Assembly: GCA_951406725.2 (NCBI GenBank)
Contig: OX597815.1
Location: forward strand, 136,276,001-136,340,000
DNA: 64,000 nucleotides
From: Octopus vulgaris
Lineage: Eukaryota
Direction of reading: 5' to 3'
Shown: positions 39,348 through 53,200 of the stretch, in pieces
Numbering within the stretch: position 1 is the first letter of the stretch
Layout: each line of letters opens with the position of its first letter
The notes under the pieces: model-generated
Database searches by the model: none
Told to the model about the DNA's origin: nothing
What the model saw: only the letters and a program-made list of their open reading frames with translations
Position numbers and translations under genes: made by a program

Positions 39348-41769
39348 TCAATAATAGTACACACACTATTATTTCCATGAAGATACATAATCAGATGCAT
39401 ATACAAATTTGCAAATGTTCAACGACAAAACAACAGAAATTGTTTAGTATAAATGGCAGTATAGAATTACAATGATTTAATACAAAATATAAAATTCTCA
39501 AGTGCAATCACAAAAAAAAATAGAGTATTAGAATAAATCAATAAAATCTTATGTACTCGCAATTAGCATATCTATTGCTTCATTATATATATACATGAGA
39601 AATAATATTGGAGTTACATACCATAAATTGAATTTAGGATGCAAATATGAACGTAAATTACTATCACACACAAACGTAAAATAATCACATTCATTTATAA
39701 ATATATTTAAAAGTAAAATTACTAAAGCAATCCAAGAAACTCAAAAATCTCCACTTTCATGGTTTGAAGTAAAGGGGAGATAATCTCTTTGATTTAGTTC
39801 CAAGCTAAGATAGTAATCTTTCGAAATGATCTGCTTTACATACTGCTCCCACGGGTTATATCGCCATAGCAAAACTATTAAAACAGCAGCGGGTTTGTGT
39901 CCATAACCTAATAGGAAGCTGTCCACTAAAACAAGTTTTATATATTGATATATACATATGGTACCAACTGAGCACTTTGGTCGATGTAATCGACTTACCC
40001 TGAACTTATGGGCCTTATGTTAAAATTTTAACCCAATGTATGTGTGTGTGTGTGTGTGTCTGAGTGTGTGTGTGTGTTGAAACAAAATGGAGAATATCTT
40101 AGCCAAATTATCGACATGTCCGCAAAAGTTTAGACAATAGTAATTATCTATAGATTTATATTAACCGCCAAGTTTATTTCATTTGAATATATTCCACTAA
40201 TGTAAGCACCACTGATTTGGCTGATTTGTTGTGTCGTCATTAATTCCACTCTAATACTTTAGTTCTATAAAAATCACTGAACAACAAATGTACCATTTTT
40301 ATCTTCAAACTGTCAAACATTTTTGTTTTTTTCCAAGTTTCTTTGCAAGGACTTTTCTTGTCATCCGGATAATCCTCTTCAATTCAGGTTCCCAATCTGA
40401 ATCTCCACTCTTTCAAAATCGTGTCTTGTAGGTTCCTTAACTCTTCTTGTCACTTCATTCTTTTTAATTGTTATCCTTCTTTTATTTCTGCATAACTTTC
40501 ATATCGGATGAACCATCCGGAATAACTGATATCGTATGAGAGAATTTTGTATTAAAATCTTCTCCAAAGTGATATTTTCAACTCTGAAGTACATCAGCCG
40601 AGTTTGTCTGCATATTACTGTCGTTAGCTTCCGCTACATTTTATGATTTTATAGTCGAAACTTCGATTTTACAGACCGACGCAAATGTTTCTATGGACGT
40701 CATGGCACATCTGTCAACATTCGCAGATTCTATGTTTGAGAGAAAAATCTATTGCGCACATAAATATCACCAGAAATTATTGCTCTTCTCAGTTGCTATT
40801 GTACCGTCATTATCAAAGTTCTTTTCTAATCCCTTTTAATTTCATCCCCTTCGTTTCATCTACTAGTGTAACATCCGTTATAGCAAAAAAGTTATGCACC
40901 CTAATTATTTGCACATTTTCTTCATGTCATGTTCTATTTCTATGCATTCAACATTGCTCCTTCTACTTACTCTCGCAAATTGCACTTCATTTTTTCAAAA
41001 TACAATTCTCTACTTCTATAATTACCAAGTTTACGGTAATTCGTACATGGACTAGTCTTGCACGTATCTTTTTTCTGTGATAGTTGTAATATTCGTACGA
41101 CAGTAACAACTTTTATCTATTTTTCTAAGTTCACTTTCTGACGACGTATCAAAAGTTACAGAACTGGTATTGACCAATTATCGATCGTTGTGATGATATT
41201 ACATCCATATAGTTAATTTCAGTTTCAGATCATCTTCCTGCGCCTCCTCTTATATAGTGTTTTTTCTCTTCTATTTCCTTCACAAGGAAATAATATAATT
41301 TTCGAATGTTATGTATAACCATTTACGAATTTCCAAAACATTTCCAATAACAATTTATTGTAGTAAAGCACTTGGTGTAAATCAAAATTATTTCCGTCGT
41401 AAACTAAGTCCAGTTTTAGTTTTAAGCACTGCTCGCATTCAGCAGCGGAACTAATTTTCCGGAGGAAATAATTTTGATTTTAGTTCAGTTACACAACTCA
41501 CCCAGTGCATGCTTAACGAACTCAGGACTTCGTGCTATAAAACTAATCACAAACGGCAGCAGAACAACACAGAAATTACAATAAATGAACTCTGAGCATA
41601 AATGCTATGTAAATGAAACAACTTCCTATTCCCGAAAAGCAATATTGCAGGAGCACCAGGAGTAAGTGGGTGCAGATATATGTGCACTGGATATTCAGTA
41701 GCAAATAAACATTAGTAGTAGTAATTGGAAGTGCTATATTGTACATGCTTTAAAGGATTATTGTTAATA

Positions 41770-42210
41770 ATCCTTTCTTCTGCAGGCACAAGGCCTCAAA
41801 TTTTCGAGCGAGGGGTCTAGTCGATTACATCGACCCTTGTGTTTCACTGGTATTTAAATCGATCCCGAAAGAATGAAAGGCAAAGTCGACATCGGCGGAA
41901 TTTGAACTCAGAACATGCAGACGGACGAAATGTCGCCAGGCATTTCGCTCATCGTGCTAAATATTCTGCCAATCGCTGCCTTAATAATAATAATCATAAT
42001 CATTTCTGCTAGAAGCAGAAGGCCTGAAATTTGGAGGAGAGGTATAATACGATTACACCGACCCCAATACTAAAATGGTACTTAATTTATAAATCGAAAG
42101 GATGAAGGGCAAAGTCAACCTCGGCGGAATTTGAACTCAGAAGGCAAAGACAGACGAAATACTGCTATGCACTCTGCGCGATCTACTAACGATTCTGCCA
42201 GTTCACCGAA
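41770..42210 (-). mobile_element. Two SINE family C copies
   Basis: Reverse-complement cores separated by a short (AAT)n. Confidence 0.7.
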
Positions 42211-44064
42211 TATCAATAAGTGTCGTGATGCAGTACCAGACACTGGCTCAAATGGCTGCTGGTCTTAACTGATTGGAAGTGCTATTATGTACATGCTCTG
42301 CTCAATACCACCGATTAGCTTGTCTTTTGTTTGACCTGAATCATTTGAGTATGCCCCATCCCGGCTTACGATATATGCATTGCTGATCAGGAGCAGAAGT
42401 AGTGGGGCAGCATCGCAGAGAGCATCCTAAAAGGATGAAATGCAAACTCAACCTCGGCGGAATTTTGAACTCAGAACGTAGTAACGGCTGAAATGCCACT
42501 AAGCATTACGCTGTACGTAGTGCTTAGTGGTATCTCCAATTCTAAATGTATATTCTGGCGGTATTACTTTAGTACTTTAAGGTGGCGTGAGTTATGATTT
42601 ATGAGCAGCTTTCTAGTTCTTCTATCTAGGAAACACCGTTAGTACTACGATATTTGGATTGAAAAAAATGTTATGCGAGTTGAAGAAAGAATACTATCAG
42701 TAGCTTGTGGCCCAAAAAGTAACTGAACGAGTAGGTACATTGAAGAAGAAAAGGAAGAACAGAGCAAGCAGATAAGGAGAGGCAAATTTCATGGCTAATT
42801 AATACCACAAACCGAGAATATTAGAAAGAACGTTCACTATCGCTAGCGGAGAGACTAAATATAGATGCTCAAGAACATGTCTTCAGGACAAATTTGTTAA
42901 AGGCAAAGGTCAACAAAGTCAGTAAGAGGGCAAATGTAGTATCTGTGATGACGAAAGTATCACTCATCACGGGATTGAGTGGTGTTAGATAACACAAAAA
43001 GAATATAAATGCAGCGATGACTGAGTAAATTACTCAGATTTCGTAGATAGTGAAAATCTGAGTAATTTACTCTTCTTAATTATTACTCTTCATAAAAATT
43101 AATCACCTTCAACTAAACCATGAAAACCTTTCTTCCTGATTACTACTCTTCCAGTTTTCCTATTATTTATATTTGACCCCTAATATATTCACTTGATTAA
43201 TGAGACCTTTGTCCTCAGTTAATGAGTATTATGCCTACTCATAATAAGTAATAGATTTTTCTCCAAAATGAAAAAATGTTAGATTTATTATTTCTCCCTT
43301 AATCCAACGTATCAAAATATTCAAAATCTACCAGCTAAGTATAAAACAGATGTATATAAGTATAAAAGAATCTCTGGATACTCTATACGTGGTCTCTATG
43401 ACCATTTGACATTGACCTAGTTTTCCAAAATCAAAATCTGCTTGCCAAATAGTAGTAAACAGCCTCTGTAGCATTACAACCCTCACTCTACCTAAATTTC
43501 TTTATATAGAACTTTGACATCTATTTCATCCCTATTTCTATAAATAGAAAATCTTTCTTGTCTCCTTTCAGTTGATCATTCTTCAAAACAACTGAATATT
43601 CTGAATATTCTTCAGTCAGTAATATGTAGACAAATTCGGCTGATGTACTTCAGAGTCGAAAATATCACTTTGGAGAAGGTTTTAATGTTCTTAAAATTTA
43701 AATCGACATCTTTGTCTATATACCTTCTCTATAATGTTATCAATTGATATGAAAATTATGTATTAATGGAAAACCTCTATTAATGGCTGATGATTGCTCA
43801 ACATTTTTAAAATGTTGTAATATTTACAACATTTAATAGAATGATGTAGCGTGAAACGATCTTACCAAATTACCGAAGTTATTCTTGTTGCTTATTTTGA
43901 TTATAATCACCCCATGGATTTATATGGATAACATCATACAAAATTCTGGTGCATCTAACTTAAGTAGCATATTCATTTGAATACAGATACATACACACAT
44001 ACATATATATGTATGTGTGTGTGTGTGTGTATAATTATTTATACATATGTATATACTTCTCATA

Positions 44065-44091
<27 letters not shown>

Positions 44092-44096
<5 letters not shown>

Positions 44097-44905
44097 ATCA
44101 AAAAGGGTAATAATATAGACTATTACCAGTGTCCCAGCACAAAGGACGAATTAGTCATTAGACAAAATATTATTCATATAGAAAAATATTATTCATGTAG
44201 AAATATAATTAAGGGCTCCTAAATAAGGATGCCAAGTGCTACGGACACAAAAAAGGGATAAATTTATCGAGAGTGTAAATCAAAAGTATTTACCATTAAC
44301 GATACATCCCGGACTGATATCAGTTTCTACCTCTTTCTAGCAAAACAGACAGAGTATGTTTGCTAAGGCCGGTTTCATCAGCGAGAATCCTGAGTTAAAT
44401 CGAGATGCGCAGCGTGTTAGACCCATGTGTTGATCTAAACAACTTGCTGATCTTAACTTTTCAAATCTCTGCGCAGACGCAGAATCTACCCGGCGATATA
44501 GGGCATGCCGGGAAAAAAATTTACGAATAAATCTATCAAGTACTATGTGAATATAATCAAAAAGGGTAATAATATAGATTATTACCAGTGTCCCAGCACA
44601 AAGGACGAATTAGTCATTAGACAAAATATTATTCATATAGAAAAATATTATTCATGTAGAAATATAATTAAGGGCTCCTAAATAAGGATGCCAAGTGCTA
44701 CGGACACAAAAAAGGGATAAATTTATCGAGAGTGAAAATCAAAAACATTTACCATTAACGATACATCCCGGACTGATATCAGTTTCTACCTCTTTCTAGC
44801 AAAACATATTTTCACTCTCGATAAATTTATCCCTTTTTTGTGTCCCTAGCACTTGGCATCCTTATTTAGGAGCCCTTAATTATATTTCTACATGAATAAT
44901 ATTTA
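44092..44905 (-). mobile_element. Retrozyme-like non-autonomous PLE repeat (459-bp unit, partial tandem plus inversion)
   Basis: 44092-44346 is repeated at 44551-44806, and 44808-44905 is an inverted copy. Has (TA)n on both sides. Confidence 0.8.
44307..44386 (-). ncRNA. Type I hammerhead ribozyme with long stem II
   Basis: Minus strand reads TCTCG-CTGATGA-AACC...GGTA-GAAA-CTGATATCAG-TC-CGGGA, with a palindromic stem III and a GUC triplet. Confidence 0.75.
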
Positions 44906-45084
44906 TATATATATATATAGTAAAATAAGCATTCAGATAGAATCAAGTACTTGAAAAGATATGCATCAGGTTGAGTTGGATAAACCTGTAGTTTCGGTCT
45001 ATGGTTGGTATGTATCAAATGGGATATTCCGGTTATGTATAGAGAGAAAATGAACCCTATTAGTATGTAGCGCCTAGGAACTTG

Positions 45085-46069
45085 GGATCTTTTCATTTTC
45101 AAGGCCTGATTTGTCAGATTCTTCCTACTTAACCAAACAATTTAAAACTTCGTATACTGGTAGAATGTGTCAAAAAAAAAACATAATTGTAAACCAGAAT
45201 GAAAACGGAATTGTAATTTCTAAGTTTAACGTTGTTTAATAATTAGAATTTTAACCAATGGTATTCGGTCTTTCGGCTTCATATTATTTACTCCGTCTCA
45301 ATAGACGTAAACGGCTATTTTGCTGACGTAGTTAACATACGTGAAATGTAAACACCCGGTTACCGTATTCCTTTCGTTTTTCTTCACATTTTTTTTTATA
45401 TATTATTAACTAACTTATATATCAAACTTATATATTATATATTGTATATTATATATATTATATATCAAACTTATATATTATATATTGTATATTATATATA
45501 TTATATATCATAACTAACTTAGTTTTTGTAAATTTTCGTATATTTTTTGTGATTTTTATTCCTTACTTTATTCGTGTAACTTTTTATCTTTGGCAATCTT
45601 TCGTTTGTAGTAGACCTTTCTGTGATAACTGAAATTTTTTACTCGGTATATGTGTATATGTATGTATGCATGTATGTGTGTGTGTATGTATCTATGTATG
45701 TGTGTATGTGTATGTATGTGTATGTATGTGTGTATGTATGTGTGTGTGTGTATGTATGGCCGATTCAGTGTTTACATTATTTCGAGTTAAAACACAAAAC
45801 ACAGACCTACGCACAGCTGTCTACGTCACAAAATAGCTTTCTACGTCACACTAAGATAATGCAGTTAATTATTTCAAATGAAAACAAACAATACGATTGG
45901 TTAAAATTCGCAGATTTAATCTACGTTTAAAGTTATAAAATACATTTTTCTCAAATAAACAAGTTGAAACTAGTGTTTTCTTTTGAGACACTCTACCAGT
46001 ACACGAAGATTCAAATTATTTAGTTAACTAGAAAAACCTGACAATCAGGCCTTGAAAATGAAAAAATCC
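45085..46069. mobile_element. MITE-like element with ~100-bp imperfect TIRs
   Basis: TTTTCATTTTCAAGGCCTGATTTGTCAG...ACTGGTAGAATGTGTCAAAA is inverted at about 45975-46069. Confidence 0.7.
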
Positions 46070-49012
46070 GGAACTTTTCCAAATCACATGTTATTTTGAA
46101 TAGTACGTTGTTGTTATACTCTAGTGTGTCTGAGAAGTCGTAAATCATCTTATTGTCTTATAATCAAATGAATAATAACGTACGATGGATAATTCTCAGC
46201 TTTTAGGGGTGTTTCTTACGTATCTTCTTGATTGAAGAATGAGAACATTACACCATAACAAAAAAGCTGTAATCATCAATTGAAACGTAAATTTAGAAGC
46301 AAAAAATATCCCAAAAATTCAGCAGGGATGTAGCAGAAGTCTGTGGATGCCAACTATGAAATTGGAAAATGACCAACAAAGTTGGCGGTGAAGGTTAAGA
46401 AGATAGCTCTTGAAAGAAAGTAATACGATATCTAAGGTCAGCGACCCGGCTGAGATAGGAGTCAGTTAGACTAGTTCTTAAGTATGTTGGAGTGGGGCGA
46501 AGGGGATATTTTATTATTTTAGACTTTGAGCAGTGGGTAGTAAGGAGTGGACCTAATATAAATTAAGGATGAAGAAAGAATAAAGAAAACAAAAGTAGGG
46601 CCGAAGAAAAATAAAAGCATTACAAGCCAATTAGGCATAGGGTAGCGGTTTAAGATTCGCTGGCTCAGGCTAAAGAACAAAAGGAGGACGACAGAGCTGC
46701 ACAGAATATAGAGGTATATTGATTGAAAGTAGGATGAGGGTACGAAGGCAATCGAATAATAAGACCTAACTTTTATGGAATTGTAATGTTAAGTGTGAAG
46801 AAGAAAGATCGAGGGTGCTGTTTTAGATACGAAAATGCCTATTTGGTAAGTGGGGACTACTTGTAATATTAGGATATGTTTGCCTGCGGAGGGAAAAGCT
46901 CGTAGTAATAGTAGAGTACTACTTATCATTAAGAAGTTTAAAGAAGGACGGAGTTATATAATAATATAGTTAGAGGAAATATTAGATCGGATACTAAAGA
47001 AAGCCAGCAGTAGGGAGTAGTCTAATGATTTACAATATGGAATGTTACTGGTGGCGTTGATATGATTTGATTAGATGATATAATCACCATTGTATGAATC
47101 AGGTAAAGCAACTCCAGATAATAGCCGCGGGTAAGAGAATTGGATAGTGTTCTGTCTATTGTTTAACAAGCGCAGCACAAATAACTGTATCTTGGTGTAA
47201 GGATTACTTACCTAGTAGAATTGGAAAAGGACTGGCTAGGGTGTGCAGACTGACGTTTCTTGGTTAGATATCTATGCTATTGCATAATACTGGGTACACC
47301 ACAGATAGAATGGTTCGTTCTTTCAATACAGCATACCATGTAAGAGCGGTTAGAAAATAAAGGTAAAGGGAAATGAGACTAGAAGGACTCGGAAACAAAT
47401 CCGCAGATCGATCGATTACTGGGGCAATAATACAGGGAGGAAATTAGATTGGTCCTAGTTTAGGAGCTATTATAGAGGTTGTGTAATATCCTTAAAATAT
47501 TTAAAGGTACGGGTAGCCTTTAATTTTACAGGCGAAACTTGTCTAATCTAGTGATCTAGCATCGCTTATAGGGCGGTTATCGCCCCCCCCCCACGTCGGT
47601 ATATGAAAATGTGCTTCCTTGCAGCTCTAAGGGTTTTAACTCTTATGTCTAGCAATATAGGTGCAACCCAGCATTTTTGGTATTATATGGCGTATAGCTG
47701 CCTTCGTTATTTTATAATTTTTACACCAGCATGTCGCTAACTCAGCCATAAATGTATATGATAAATATATATACTGACAGTCGGGATTTTGCCAAACTAT
47801 ACGGCGATGGAATAGTCACAACTAACATGCAATTTTACAGATGAAATTAATTTAGTCCAGTAATCTAGCTTTGCTTATGGAACGGTTATCTCCCTTGTCG
47901 GTTTATGAATGTGTGTGTGTGTGTGTGTGTGTGTATACATTATATATGTCTATATATATATGTTGTATATACAGACATTGTCTTATTAAAAACCCGCAAG
48001 CATATATGCAGGGACATATATTATTGAGAAACGAAACATATGTCTAAACCTTAAAGATTTTCTATTTTTCCATGAGTTCAGTTAAATTTTCTTTTTCTTA
48101 TGAAGACACAAAATACTCGTAATTGAGTACATCACAGCATGCAAATGAAGAACTTTCCAACAAAACAAATCGAGGTTGTTCAAAATGCTCCAAAGAAATG
48201 ATTGAAATGAAGATAGCTCAGAATGATTGAAACCAATTCCCTTTTACTGGCATCGAAAAGTACAAGTTTTTGAATTTTTGTGGTTAAAGTTAAGAAACGC
48301 TTCTAATTAAAATACCAGATTTAAGCTCAGGGAAATATCGAGATTTACACAAGCGGAAGCAATAAATATGTTTTTTGTACAGCTGAAATCAGTCATATTC
48401 ATCACATCCTACAAAAGTTGGTTTGAATTTCGAGTAAAAGTTAGTGCTCAACCTGCCCTCATCACGTATATGAACGCTATAAACAATACCTGTCAAGATA
48501 AACCTAATATTCACATATATATTTTTGAATATATAAATTTCCTTCATCTTTTTACTCCTACATATGAATACACTTTGATACACACAGGTGATATATGCGT
48601 ATATTCACCTGCACATTCTTGCATTACTCCCAGTAGCTAAAAGGTTTCGACGTTGAATTTGGCACATACTTCTTCTTTTCTTCTCATGACGTTTGCTTTC
48701 CAGCTAATATTTATTTTGACATTACAATGATATTCTTGTTTTCTTCGGACGTACACAGAAAAGGAAGAATAATATATTCATAAATAGAAACTTATGTCTT
48801 TGTAAATAGTGTGTCTTTTCCCGCAATGCTTAAAACAATTTCTCAAATATTCATATTTCGAAAACTTGCACAACCTAAATTAGTATTATCAGTTGAATTG
48901 CTAATTAAAATTAATTGAACATGACACATCAACTGACATAATTAATACTTTGTATTACTCACCTAATATTTGACTAACAACATTTTCTCTGCATAATCAA
49001 ACTATGCATGTT

Positions 49013-49116
<104 letters not shown>

Positions 49117-49148
49117 TATATATACATATATATATATACATACATATA

Positions 49149-49256
49149 TACTTTGTTTAAAGCAGCAGAAAATTCAACAAAACCTGTTACTCTGAGCTTC
49201 CCGTTACTCAGAGTAACAGGTTTTGCTGAATTTCTGCTGCTTTAAATAAAGCATAT
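49149..49256. repeat. Near-perfect hairpin (~48-bp arms)
   Basis: TTTAAAGCAGCAGAAAATTCAACAAAACCTGTTACTCTGAG pairs with CTCAGAGTAACAGGTTTTGCTGAATTTCTGCTGCTTTAAA. Confidence 0.9.
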
Positions 49257-49548
49257 TACTCTACCACTGGTATTTGAGTACTCTTTTTTCCACCTTGTTT
49301 CACATTTATGTGTTTACTCCGGGGTACATACATACATATATTTATATATATATAAATACTCTTATAATAAAAACAAAAACACAAAGGCTTGCTGGCGGAA
49401 ATAATAATTTATTCCGCTATTCATCAAACTCATAACAAGACTGTCAGTTGTCTTTTTGAGCTGAAAACATTTAATCAAGGGACGCTGGTAAAGACAAAAA
49501 AAAACACAACAGAGATAAACAACGTTGAAATAATTCGATATGCGGCAC

Positions 49549-49619
<71 letters not shown>

Positions 49620-49976
49620 TATATACACACTTATATGTACATGCCTACATATATATGTATATATATACATGCATATATGTGTACAGGACGTCAAAAAACG
49701 TGAACAAAATGAGAATTGAAACGACGCGAGGGAGCTCAGTCATGCAATAATTTCATAAATAAAATATATGCATACATACATACATACATATATGTACGTA
49801 CCTACATCTAACATGTATATATACATGCATATATATATAAATATATATACGTAGTACAGGACACCACAAATAGACGTAGAACTCAACGAGAAACGAAAAC
49901 GTAAAAACAAACATGGAGACGGACCTTTTTTAACAACGAGAAAACAGAGTAGAAGACAAACAACACAAAGAAAATT

Positions 49977-50052
49977 CCCCTTCATCAGCTGTCCCTAGTT
50001 CGGCTCCATGCGTGTTTCGAAGGTAAGGACAGAACACGACTCGTCGAACTAG
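49977..50052 (-). ncRNA. Non-circularly permuted hammerhead ribozyme
   Basis: Near-identical to 37237-37312, within a repeat spanning about 49715-50056. Confidence 0.7.
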
Positions 50053-50097
<45 letters not shown>

Positions 50098-50185
50098 TAT
50101 TAGAGACAAAACCACTATTTTGCAAAACAAACAAGGAAAGACTTAATCAATACATAAAATTTTAATAAATAGTCAAAAAAAACCG

Positions 50186-50228
50186 CCACTACAATTGTTT
50201 CTTGTCTTGATCGACAATCTTCAGGTGG
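50186..50228 (-). ncRNA. Minimal type I hammerhead ribozyme (left arm)
   Basis: Reverse complement of 54197-54239. Confidence 0.85.
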
Positions 50229-53200
50229 ACTTCCAATCTAAAATATCAATATTTTAAAATATAAAAATAATAATTTTTTTAAAATAATTAAAGTATGAAT
50301 GAAAAAATATAAATATATAATCCATATATAACCTATATATAATCCATATATAATCAATATATAAACAATATATAAACTAAAATAAACCTATCAACAATTA
50401 AATATAAAATATAAAATATAAAATATAAAACAAAACAAAAAAATAATAATAATATAATAATAAACTATATATACACCCATACACATATACCTAATTATAT
50501 ATAACCATATCTAACTACATACACTAAATCACACACCTATATATATATCCCTATACATACACATAAAAACGTCTAGGCAACTATAAATAAATAAAATAGC
50601 TAAATACTTCAACACAATACTTATTCATACTCCCACACACACACACATACAACCCACATTCACGCTCTAGAAAACGGACATCACTTAAAATTATGAACGG
50701 AGAAATGGAATAAATGGAATTAAAAATTATATTCACTTGGTAAAACGAACACTACTTAAAAATTATGAATGAAACAATGCAATAAAACAACAGACATCGA
50801 AAATAGACACAAATTACTACGAATTCCTTAACAAACCTACCATGATAAACCAAAACTCATAAAAACATATAATGATAAAATCTCCCTTTACTAAACTCTA
50901 TAACATACCTATATAGCAATCCCCCTAACCTAAACATTCACACACAAATACACACACATAAACCACACACCCACGACATATACAAATACCCACACCACTT
51001 ACACATACCTATACATACATATAAACCTCAACATACACTCCAAAAACCCATTCAACCCCACACAGACAAATAAACACAAAAATTATGAATGGATTCTTTT
51101 ATAAAACTACCATGATAAGCTAAAACTCACAAAACATAAATGATAAAACCTCCCTTTACTAAACACTATAACATACTTATATAGCAATCCCTTTACCATT
51201 CCCAATTCCAAACATCTGGATGTGAGTGGGTGTATGCGTATTGCTGTGGATGTCGAGCTTAATACGTATGTATATGAGTGTGTATTGGGGGGTTGTACGT
51301 ATTTATCTGTCAATTCAACATACCAAATAGAACATATTAAAAATCACCAACAAACAACCATCACAAATGAAACCTACACCCATACAATGACAAAACTCCC
51401 CCCTCCATACCCAATTTACACCCACATAGCAATCCCAATATATTCATCCATACATGGACGCACGTGCGTGAAGCACATGCACACAATAAATACGTACAAC
51501 CCCCCCAATACACACTCATATACATACGTATTAAGCTCGACATCCACAGCAATACGCATACACCCACTCACACCCAGATGGGTGAATTGCACAACCAGGG
51601 AACGCACACACACGTGTGCGTATTTTGATTGTGCAACTCGCCCATATGCATGTATGCGGGCGCGATTACATTGTTGCACATATCGAGCCCAACTAGCATG
51701 CATATGTACATGTGAGGGGGTACACGTACATGCCGTGCGCGTGTACCCCCTGCATTTATACCCGTGCGTGAATATACACATGGAGACTACCACACAGGTA
51801 CAAATGTGTATAGTAATGGGAGCCCCATCACTACACTTAATGTATACTCTCACCCATCCGCACGGATGTGAAAGCGAATCTCCGGTGTATATGTTGAGGC
51901 TTATATGTAGCGCTGTGGAGGTGAACGTCGTTGAAATTGTGAATGAATGGGTGGAGTTGGGAATTGTAACCGGGTGGTGGGCTAGCGTTGCTTGGAATTG
52001 GGAATGGAATAGTGTAGTAGTAAGGCAGGCATCGAGAATAGATTTGGGTTACTGCAAGTTGTTTGTTAGAGCTGCTAAGATGAGCTAAAGCTCATAAATG
52101 TATATAATAATTTATTATTATGGTAGTTTTATTAAAGAATCCATTCATAATAAATTTTTTTTTTTAAGTAGTGATGGTTTGCCACGTGGATATAGTTTTT
52201 AGTTCCATTTATTCTATTCCTCCATTCATAATTTTAAATGACGTTTACTTTCCATGGCGCGTATTCTTTTTTTACATAAGTCATATTTCTATGGTAACGT
52301 AATTTTGGTTTGATTTTTTTAACGGCTAAGAATTGAATTTCACTTCATAATTTGAAACTGACTTGTAAGTATGTATTTTATTTCTCCTTATGTCATATTG
52401 TTATTTTTGATATTCTGGTTAATTACGATGTATTTAATGTTGTTTTTTATTGGAGTGTTTATGTATATGAGATTGTGTGTGACTTTTTAGTTGTATAATT
52501 TATTTATCTGTATGAGTGTGGGTGTGTAAATATTGTTGTATATATCGAGTTTAGTGAGTATGTATATGCGTATATTGAGGGAGTATATGTATCTGTTGTG
52601 TGTGTGTGTTTTGCGTGTGTGTGTGTTTGTGTGTGAATGTGTATATGGGTTTGTTATTTAGGTTTTGGGATGTATGTGTTAATTTGTCTGTGTGGGGAGG
52701 GAGTGGGTTTTTGGTGTATATTGAGGTTTATAAGTTAGTATAGGTATGTGTATAAGTTGTGGGTCTGTGGTTTACGTGTGTGTTTTTTGTGTGTGAATGT
52801 TTAGGTTAGGGGGATTGCTATATAGGTTTGTTATAGAGTTTAGCAAAGGGAGATTTTATCGTTATATGTTTTTAAGAGTTTTGGTTTATCATGGTTTTTT
52901 TTAGGGAATTCGTGGTAATTTGTCTATTTTCGATGTTGGTTGGTTTATTACATTGTTTCATTCATAATTTTTGAGTGGTGTTCGTTTTGCCACGTGAATA
53001 TTATTTTTAATTCCATTTATTCCATTTCTCCATTCATTATTTTAAAGATGTCCGTTTCCAGAGCGGTTATATATTTTTTATACATATGTTAAGTTCCTTG
53101 GTAAAGTAATTTTGTTTGGTGTATATGTTGAGGCTTATATGTACTTGTGGGTGTGTGTGAGTGGGGTGGGTGTTTGTATTTGTTATGGGTGTGTGGTTTA

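Noticed and set aside
42497-43072. Short hairpins at 42497-42531 and 43023-43072, and a decayed Dong-like knuckle at ~42900-43020
   Set aside because: They look like local fold-back duplications at repeat truncation points in heavily decayed sequence, with no evidence of function.
46200-47910. Possible degraded PLE with ~85-bp direct repeats (47522, 47831)
   Set aside because: Only faint similarity to the 30.1-kb region and no translatable motif I can defend.
51222-52088. 288-aa ORF
   Set aside because: It lies in the low-complexity, internally inverted interior of the fold-back element and has no recognisable domain.
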